Of a stretch of 12,316 nucleotides of DNA, positions 1 through 7,700 are shown in pieces. The notes under the pieces were generated by a model. It saw only the letters and a program-made list of their open reading frames with translations. It was not told the origin of the DNA and ran no database searches. Source of the DNA: a bacterium (GTDB lineage: Bacteria > Zhuqueibacterota > Zhuqueibacteria > Oceanimicrobiales > Oceanimicrobiaceae); the NCBI GenBank assembly GCA_046757025.1, contig JBHHXN010000154.1, positions 1 through 12,316 of the forward strand, given 5' to 3'. The translations under genes were made by a program, and so were the position numbers. Within the stretch, counting starts at the first letter, position 1, and every line of letters begins with the position of its first letter.

Positions 1-63
1 TTTTTATTTTTCTTGGCAAAAAAATGCAAAAGTTCAGTGTTAATACTATAAAAAGTCGCGTTT

Positions 64-109
64 CGTGTGTCATCGTTAGGAAACCCGCTAAAAGCGGGAT
101 GTGACCACG
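64..109 (+). promoter_or_regulatory. Nested stem-loop in the putative 5' leader of the TIR-STAND operon
   Basis: CCCGCT(84-89)/AGCGGG(93-98) is enclosed by GTCA(69-72)/TGAC(102-105) and CGTG(64-67)/CACG(106-109), just downstream of an AT-rich promoter-like stretch (TATAAA 47-52). Confidence 0.35.
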
Positions 110-318
110 CCATCTTAAAAAAAGAACCCGGTTTCACCTCGGAAAAAATCACAGAGGGAACGCAGGGGAACAACCAAGCTTTCGGCTGTATTTTTCCCGG
201 CCAGCGAGAAAGCCCGTCGGGGAGGAAAGACTCGTCATCGGTCTGCCACTTCAAAAATAATTGATAAAGCACCCCCTCTTTGCATCAACACCTTTTTGTT
301 GAAAAACCAAAAGAAGTC

Positions 319-1845
319 ATGGCGTATATTCCTGGTTTTGAATTCGATCTATTCATCAGCTACGCTCACGTCGACAATCTGGCAGATGACGACGGAGCCA
401 GGGGCTGGGTCGAACAATTTTGTAATCATTTAAACATCAAACTCACCAAGCGGTTTGGACGAGAAGGTCTGGTGAACATCTGGTGGGATTCAGCGTTGGA
501 CGGCAGCCAGCTTTTCGATAAAACCATTCAGGATAAAATAAAAGGCGCGGCTTTGTTCCTGTCGCTGCACTCAGTGGGTTATCGAGAATCAGATTATTGT
601 CAAAACGAGCTCAAATGGTTTTTTCAGAAAGCAAACCAGGAATCTTTCCGTTTGAAAATAGGCGACCGATATCGAATAATCAATGTGTTGCTGAACAACA
701 TTCACCATGACCAGTGGCCGGCTGAATACAGCCGTACCAGCGGTTTCCCCTTTCACGACGCAAAAAATGAAACGGACTTCGGCGAGCCAACCCAACCCGG
801 CAGTCAAGAATTTAAACAGCAGCTGCGCGCTTTGGTGGACGCCATTCATAAATTCATAGAATCTTTTCGAGAGCAGGCCGCCTCTGCATCATCGACTGCA
901 CAAACTGAAGCTCCCTCAGAGCCGGACGAGGCTTTTCGCGTTTTTTTAGCCGACACTTCGGACATGCGCAGAAAAACTTTTGAGCGCACTAAAAATGAAT
1001 TAGAAGCCCAGGGAGTCAAAGTGATCTGCGGAGTACCGCCGCCGTATGAAGCCGAGACACATGCGCAAACCGTCAGCGAAGAAATCAAAAACGCCCAGCT
1101 CGCCGTTCATCTTCTCGACATTTACCCTGGCCGTCCCATAGAGGGAGAAACAACCAAAAGCTATCCACAAAAACAGGTAGAGCTGGGAATCGAATACGCA
1201 AAATCGCAATTTATCTGGGTGCCCGATTCTTTCAAACTGGAAAATATCGAAGAGGACGAGCCGTACAAAAATTTTGTTACCTCACTGGAAAACGAACGTA
1301 CGGAAAAGGCGCGGTTTACTTTTGTGCAAAGCCGTCCGGACAATCTGACCCACGACATTCTGGCAAAAATCGAAGAAATTAAATTGCTAAAACAAAAACA
1401 GCAAGACCCCACCGATTCCACGGTTTTTTTAGACACTCATGAAGTGGATGAGCTTTTTTCCATTGACTTGTATAAATATTTGCGAGAGCACAAAATACGC
1501 ACCTATTTGAATCCCCAGGAAGAAGAACCCAAAAAAAATATGCACGAGTTTGAAGAGCGCTTGGAAAAAGTCAATTCACTGTTGATCATCTACGGAGAAG
1601 TCGTGAAAGACTGGGTTATCGAACGGCTGCATGCGGCGCTGGAGCTCATCAATTCGAAAAATTATCCAGTGACTTCCTACGGCATCTATCTGGCGCCTCC
1701 TAAAAAAGAAATTTCTGAGTTTCAGTTTTATGAGAAAATGCACCACGTTAAAATTTTTGACAACAGCAATGCGAAGACGTTCAATCCAAAACTTCTGGAC
1801 AACTTTCTGCAGAGTTTGTCGGCAGGAGCGGGAGGGGCAGCTTGA
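319..1845 (+). CDS. TIR-domain protein: N-terminal TIR (TIR_2-like), central DUF4062/TIR-like Rossmannoid domain, C-terminal degenerate TIR-like domain (508 aa)
   Basis: TIR box motifs FDLFISYAHVD, IWWD..LDG, and S..Y..SDYCQNELKWF (catalytic-position Glu at 607-609). Two further beta-alpha units begin RVFLAD (937) and TVFLDTHEVD (1420). ATG 319 is preferred over TTG 280 because the recognisable domain starts right after it (MAYIPGFEFDLFISY). Confidence 0.88.
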   Translation: MAYIPGFEFDLFISYAHVDNLADDDGARGWVEQFCNHLNIKLTKRFGREGLVNIWWDSALDGSQLFDKTIQDKIKGAALFLSLHSVGYRESDYCQNELKWFFQKANQESFRLKIGDRYRIINVLLNNIHHDQWPAEYSRTSGFPFHDAKNETDFGEPTQPGSQEFKQQLRALVDAIHKFIESFREQAASASSTAQTEAPSEPDEAFRVFLADTSDMRRKTFERTKNELEAQGVKVICGVPPPYEAETHAQTVSEEIKNAQLAVHLLDIYPGRPIEGETTKSYPQKQVELGIEYAKSQFIWVPDSFKLENIEEDEPYKNFVTSLENERTEKARFTFVQSRPDNLTHDILAKIEEIKLLKQKQQDPTDSTVFLDTHEVDELFSIDLYKYLREHKIRTYLNPQEEEPKKNMHEFEERLEKVNSLLIIYGEVVKDWVIERLHAALELINSKNYPVTSYGIYLAPPKKEISEFQFYEKMHHVKIFDNSNAKTFNPKLLDNFLQSLSAGAGGAA

Positions 1846-4334
1846 TGGAGAATCCTTTTGTGGGGCTGCGGCCGTTTCAAGCCAATGAAAGCCTGCTCTT
1901 TTTCGGCCGGCGTGAGCAAACCATGGAATTGCTGCAAAGACTGCACGAAACGCGTTTTCTCGCCGTGGTCGGCAGCTCTGGCAGCGGCAAATCTTCGCTC
2001 ATCCGAGCGGGATTGATTCCCAAATTAAAAGCGGGCTTTCTGGTGGACGAACGCGATAAGTGGCATTTTCTCAGTGTGATGCACCCGGGCGACAAACCGC
2101 TGCACAATCTCATTTCCGCCTTTTCCAACTTGTTAGCCGACGAGAAAAATCCGGCTTCGGTTTCCCGACTTACCGAAGAAGTTAAAATTCGCGGTGTGCA
2201 GGCCATTGTTCAAAAATTAGCGCTGTTGTTTGAAAATTCAAACAGCAATTCAAACAGCAATTTACTGTTGCTGGTAGACCAATTTGAAGAAATTTTTCGC
2301 ATCGGTTTAAAATCCGACCAGCCGGAAGTGCGGGAAGAAGCGGCTGATTTTGTAGGCATCATGCTGGGTTTGGCCAAACAGCGTAATCTGCCCATTTACG
2401 TAGTCATGACCATGCGCTCGGACTATCTCGGTGACTGCGACATTTTTTACGGCCTGCCGGAAGCCATGAATCAGAGTCAATATCTGGTGCCACGTCTCAC
2501 ACGGCAGCAGCGCCGGGAGGCCATCCAAGGACCGATCAGGTTATTTGGCCAGCAAATCACCCCGCGCTTGTTAGACAAGCTGCTGAACGCTGTAGGGGAT
2601 GAATCGGATCAATTGCCGGTGCTGCAGCACGTTCTCTTGCGCTCCTGGGAAAACTGGCAGCTAAATGGCAACGGGCCAATCGACCTTGAAAATTACCGCG
2701 CCGTGGGCACTATCGAAAACGCCCTTTCCAATCACGCGGACGAAGCTCTGCAAGGTATGAACGAACAGGAACTCAAATTAACCCGACAAATTTTTCAAGC
2801 CCTGACCGACACCGATAACAAGCAGCGGCGCATTCGGCGCCCGGCCCGCCTGAGCGAGCTGCAGGCCATCACCGGCGACAGTCTGGAAAACATCCACAAC
2901 ATCATCTCGCGATTTTGCTCTGGCAACAAATCGTTCCTGGTGTTATCCAGCCAGGATGCCTCCGGCGACGCTCTCGTGGACATCTCGCACGAAAGTTTGA
3001 TCCGCCAATGGACGACTTTGCGCAAATGGGTGGATGAGGAAGTCGATTCCGCACAAAAATATCAAGACCTCGCCAAACGCGCCGAAAAGCACCGCTATGG
3101 CGAAGCGGGATTGCTGCGCGATCCGGAACTGCAGAAAGCGCTGGAGTGGCAGCATCGACAAAATCCCACAAAAGCCTGGGCCAAACGCTACAATTACGAC
3201 TTTGAACTCACTACAAAATTTCTCAAATCGAGTATGTGGCGGGTGCGAACCATCATGTCGGTGGGATTGATACTTTTCACTCTGGCTGGATTTTTCACCC
3301 TGCAAAATGATAATACCCTCAACCATACATTTGAAAGATTGATGTTTAAAATGCTCGATCCGATTTCGGTTTCTCCAGAACTGGTGGTCGTGGAAATCGA
3401 TGCCGAATCACAGTTTTCTTTAGATCTGGAGCAAGAAACCGACCGCAAATTGTGGCGTCAGTATCATGACGACCTCATCGATTCGCTTTCCGTGCATGGG
3501 GCCAAAGCTATCGCGTTTGACATCTGTTTTTATGACACCTCGGAATACGATGCCGACCTGGCACGGGCCATCGACAACGCCAAAAAACGCGGCACCGCGG
3601 TGGTCTTCGGAGTGGGGTGCGACAGAAATGGCCCGACTACTACGCCATTGCTGACAAAAGCTTCTACCGGCATCGGCTGGACCCTGATCAAATTTGTCGA
3701 GGATAACATCAAATTCCAGGTGTTTGGCGAAAATGATACCACGTCTTTTGCCCTGCAAGTTTTCAAGCCGGGCAGCAGCAGTTCAAAATCCTTTGACATC
3801 CAACTCGATGACCAGGACTTTGCTGATATCCGTTTTATTGCCGCCAAAGACAGCTTCCCGGCGGTTCCTTATACCGATATTGTCGATGACGACGTGGTTT
3901 GGACGCTCTTTAAAAACAAACTGGTGCTGGTGGGATTTACTTTAGGCGATCTGGATTATTTCGATGCCCTTGAGATGCACGGGGTGTATATTCAGGCCAA
4001 TGCGGTGAACACCTTGCTCTCTGAGCCGAAATTGCGAACAGCCAGCATCAACCTGCAAAGAGCCGTGGTGATGGTGGTCACGCTCCTGGCATTGCTCATC
4101 TTTTTGAAAATCCGCCTACAACTAAAATGGTCAACTCCGCTCACCGCACTTTTCGTCACGGCTTTTATTAGTGCCGCTGTTTTACTATTTAATGTTAAAT
4201 TGATTTTACTGCCCATCGCGGTACCGTTATTTATGCTCATTTACACTTCTCAATTGATCAGTTTGCTCGCTTACGGAAAGCTATTACCGGGAATGACCAC
4301 TAAAAAGAGGACGAATCAAGGAGAAAATAAATAA
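1845..4334 (+). CDS. nSTAND1-family P-loop NTPase fused to TM helix, CHASE2 sensor domain and 3 TM helices (829 aa)
   Basis: NPFVGLRPF...FFGRR start, Walker A GSSGSGKSS (1971-1997), Walker B LLLLVDQFEE, TMRSDYL, LPVLQHVL and VDISHESLIRQW..LRKW are typical nSTAND1 motifs. A TM segment (IMSVGLILFTLAGFFTL) is followed by CHASE2 motifs LVVVEID, GAKAIAFDICF, D..LARAI, FKNKLVLVG and HGVYIQANAVNTLL, then three hydrophobic helices. ATG 1845 overlaps the upstream TGA, with GGAGG at 1831-1835. Confidence 0.88.
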   Translation: MENPFVGLRPFQANESLLFFGRREQTMELLQRLHETRFLAVVGSSGSGKSSLIRAGLIPKLKAGFLVDERDKWHFLSVMHPGDKPLHNLISAFSNLLADEKNPASVSRLTEEVKIRGVQAIVQKLALLFENSNSNSNSNLLLLVDQFEEIFRIGLKSDQPEVREEAADFVGIMLGLAKQRNLPIYVVMTMRSDYLGDCDIFYGLPEAMNQSQYLVPRLTRQQRREAIQGPIRLFGQQITPRLLDKLLNAVGDESDQLPVLQHVLLRSWENWQLNGNGPIDLENYRAVGTIENALSNHADEALQGMNEQELKLTRQIFQALTDTDNKQRRIRRPARLSELQAITGDSLENIHNIISRFCSGNKSFLVLSSQDASGDALVDISHESLIRQWTTLRKWVDEEVDSAQKYQDLAKRAEKHRYGEAGLLRDPELQKALEWQHRQNPTKAWAKRYNYDFELTTKFLKSSMWRVRTIMSVGLILFTLAGFFTLQNDNTLNHTFERLMFKMLDPISVSPELVVVEIDAESQFSLDLEQETDRKLWRQYHDDLIDSLSVHGAKAIAFDICFYDTSEYDADLARAIDNAKKRGTAVVFGVGCDRNGPTTTPLLTKASTGIGWTLIKFVEDNIKFQVFGENDTTSFALQVFKPGSSSSKSFDIQLDDQDFADIRFIAAKDSFPAVPYTDIVDDDVVWTLFKNKLVLVGFTLGDLDYFDALEMHGVYIQANAVNTLLSEPKLRTASINLQRAVVMVVTLLALLIFLKIRLQLKWSTPLTALFVTAFISAAVLLFNVKLILLPIAVPLFMLIYTSQLISLLAYGKLLPGMTTKKRTNQGENK
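2235..2262 (+). repeat. In-frame 12-bp tandem duplication (AATTCAAACAGC x2 + AATT) encoding NSNSNSNSN
   Basis: Exact copies at 2235-2246 and 2247-2258, read directly from the sequence. Confidence 0.9.
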
Positions 4335-4407
4335 ATGTAACAATTTCTAAATTATCACTCACTAATGGTAGTTTGTGTGTACTTTTCAAATATAGATAAA
4401 TTGTAGA

Positions 4408-4426
4408 TCCACGAGAAAATCGTGGA
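4408..4426. promoter_or_regulatory. Perfect 7-bp inverted repeat TCCACGA-N5-TCGTGGA; possible terminator hairpin or regulator site after the TIR-STAND operon
   Basis: The inverted repeat is seen directly about 75 bp after the stop at 4334. There is no U-tract, so its function is uncertain. Confidence 0.35.
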
Positions 4427-4761
4427 CATTCACCACTTTATTAACAAGTTCACTTTCAGGCCGCACACTTAAATCATTTTCGATTTTCACTGGGGGATCT
4501 TTATTGAAGACCGTGATTCTTTCGAAGCTCGGTCCGCAACGCCTCCCCGCGAACTTGATTTATCAATTCATCTTTCATTTTTAAGTTACACACAAATTTT
4601 GTATTAGTGATGATTAGTGTAATCAATCACAAAGTAAACGGCCAATAAACCGTATCCTTTACTAATTTGTGACATCGCGTATCTATTTTCAAACACATCT
4701 TTACCGAGCTCCATTTTAAACAGCGGCAATTAAAAACCACATCTAGGCAGGGAGAACCGGC

Positions 4762-7700
4762 ATGAAAGTGAAACTCAATCGAAGACGTATTCCATTTTTT
4801 CTAACCATCCTTTTTTTGGCAGTAAGCCAGCTTGCTTTTTCACAAAAGATTCCCGGCACCATGAAAAAGAATAGAACGAAGCTTGCACAAACTGCTGCCT
4901 CGTTGCAACCTTTCTTTCGGGTCACGGGTAGAGTGTCGGTATCGGTGGACGGCGTCGGATTTCTCGGCTCAGACAGTTTGATTCAAGTTAACAAACCACC
5001 CGGTGCCACCGTTCGCAAAGCATTTTTAGCGGCGGCAAGCACTGGCACCAGCGAACGCAAATTAAATGATGGCGACGTCGAAATAAATGGTTTTCCAGTT
5101 GAATGGGACTCCTTGCAAACAACCGTCAACAGTATATTCTCATTCAATCACCTGGCAGATGTTACCGCCATCGTTGAAGGTATCGTGGATAGCGCGTCGG
5201 CCGGTCGCATCGATTTAAGCATCACCGAAAAAATCTCAGAGGATATCGACGGCGAAATTCTGGTCGTGGTATTCGACGATGAAAACCTGCTGGAAGATAA
5301 TACCGTGATTTTATTTTTCGGAGCGCAGGATTTTGCTCCAGACGAGTTTGAAATCCAACTCGACAATCCGCTGGATTTCAGCAAACCTGAGCTGAGCTTA
5401 GAAATGGGCCTGGGCATTTCATTCAGCTTTCAAAAAGGCATCCCATCCACAATGGATCAATTCAGTACGGTCTCCGTAAACGGCAGTCTGTTAACCAGGC
5501 GCGCCGGCGGTCAGGACGACGGAAAAGGCGATAATGGCGCCCTGTTGACCGTGGGCGGTCTAGGCGATTGCGACGTCAATCCCCTTCCAAATTCCCAATC
5601 CAATCCCTCTTTTAGAGTAGATGATGAGCTCTACAATCTTAAACCGTTCGTTTCAAATGGTGAATCCGTTATCAGGGTGCAGACCATCAATCCCTCTCGT
5701 GACGACAACATTTTCTTTGCTTGGTTTTTTTTACATTTTCCCGAAGACGCGGGGGAACAAATTCTTCTGCAACCGGCGACGGCGGCAAATCCCCTGGGCG
5801 CGGAGCACACCGTCACCGCCACTGTCATCGATAAAAACGGACACGTCATCGATTGCGGAATCGTAAACATAACCGTTGTTTCCGGTCCAAATGCCGGACA
5901 GTCTGTCACCCAGGAATTAAACGAAAATGAACCAGCTTTTTTGGCTTACACCGGTCAAAAAGCCGGTACCGACAGCATTGCCGGTTATTTTGTCAACAGC
6001 CGGGGAGACACTGTTCGAGCCAAAATGGTGGCCAAAACCTGGGTGCGCGCTCCCGTGTGCGAAGTCATCATCGACTCACCGCCAAACGATGCCTTCATCT
6101 GCAAAAACAGTGTGCTCGTGACCGGCACGGTGACAGTGACGGACGGACTGCCGCCGTTCAATCAAATTTGCACCGTCAACGGCATACCAGTCTCACTGGT
6201 GGATGGGGCTTTTTCCGTCACTGTCCCGCTTATGCCCGGCGCCAACTCCATCGAAGCGGTTTGTGTGATCACCGATAGTCTCGGCAGCAGCACGCAATGC
6301 CAGGATACCATCACGGTGAAACGCAGTCCAGAATTGAACTGCTCGGTGGAAATCATTTCACCGGTTGACAGTACCACCGTCCGAACGGATAGCATCGAGG
6401 TTTCTGGTGTGATAAAAATCAATCAGGGCAGCCCGCCGTTTACTATCGCGGTGAAAGTTAACGGCTTTGCGGCCAGTCGGACAGACAGTTTGTTTCAAGT
6501 CACCGTGCCGTTAGAGCTCGGATGGAATACCCTCATCGCCAAATCCGTGGTTATCGATAGCTGCGGGAACCAGACCCTCTGCACAGACACCGTCATGGTA
6601 CGGCGAGAGCCCGGCGGAAAGGACACTTTACTTTGCAGCGTAACTATCACCGCGCCTGCTGACAACCAGCGTGTGTGTCAAGACAGCGTGCAAGTGGACG
6701 GCGTCATTCGAATCAATGGAACGGATCCGCCCTTTGCCATCGAATGCGAGGTCAACGGCGTACCGGCTGTGGTCTCCGACACCACGTTTCAAGCGATGGT
6801 TCCTTTGCAATTTAACAATAATTTGATAATCGCCACCTGCACAATCAAAGATGCAGTTGGTAGAACCGCGGTTTGCAAAGACTCCATTCAAGTTTCGCGC
6901 TTGATGCCACCGCAATGCGACGTCAAAATCGTTTCACCGCAAGACAGCACTGTGGTCACCGCAGATAGTATCGAGATCAGGGTGTTGACCAACATCGAGC
7001 AGGGTGCGCCGCCATTGGTGGTTGACTGTCAGGTGAACGGTGTGGTCGCCACGAAAATCGACTCCTTTTTTATCGCCACCGTGCCGTTGGAAATTGGCGA
7101 AAATACCATCACCGCAACCTCAACCGTTCTCGACAGTTGCGGTTTTCAATCAACTTGCAGCGACACCATCACCGTGTTTCGAGAAAGAGAACCCCTTGCC
7201 TGCCAGATCGAAATTACCACGCCAGAGGAGCAAGCGGTGGTTTGCGACAGCCTCCTGCCAGTCGCGGGCGTTGTGAAGATTATCAACGGCACGCCCCCCT
7301 TCGCCATCGAGTGCGAAATCAACAGTAACCTTGCCAGCGTGACGGACAACAATTTTAACGCCATCGTGCCGCTGACCTCGGGCGAAAACCAGATCCGCAT
7401 CAAATGCACGGTCACGGATCAGCTCGGTGCCCAGACAGTCTGTTTGGACACCGTGCAGGTTATTTTTGATGACATTCCGCCCACCTGCACATTTACCGAC
7501 GCCGGCGCGTTTGTTACCGGCACGTTCACCGATCTGGAAAGCGGTTTATTCGCCATCGAAGCGCCGCGGCTGCGGAACGCCACCCTCACTGTCGATCCGT
7601 TCACGCCCGGGCAGCAAACCGTGAGTTTTCGCATCGATGCCATCGATCCCAGCAAACCCAAAGGATTTGTTCTGGACGGCGTGGATGTTTGTGGCAACGT

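Noticed and set aside
13..28. Sigma-54-like TGGCA...TGCA promoter
   Set aside because: The GG to GC spacing is 9 nt rather than the strict 10 nt
150..250. c-di-AMP (ydaO) riboswitch resemblance (GGGAACGCAGGGGAAC...CCCGTC...CTCGT)
   Set aside because: Core elements GGGGTGAAT and CCCGTCAGCTAAC are absent, and the match is only fragmentary
67..264. 65-aa ORF upstream of TIR
   Set aside because: No RBS, no recognisable motif, and it overlaps the putative leader structure
1531..1538. A8 tract in TIR (also T7 at 941 and 1424, G7 at 12010) as phase-variation sites
   Set aside because: Tracts are short, reading frames are intact, and they are explained by Lys/Phe/Gly codons
4777..4803. Tat signal in the large secreted protein (NRRRIPFFL)
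   Set aside because: Does not fit S/T-R-R-x-F-L-K; a Sec signal is more consistent with the sorting tail
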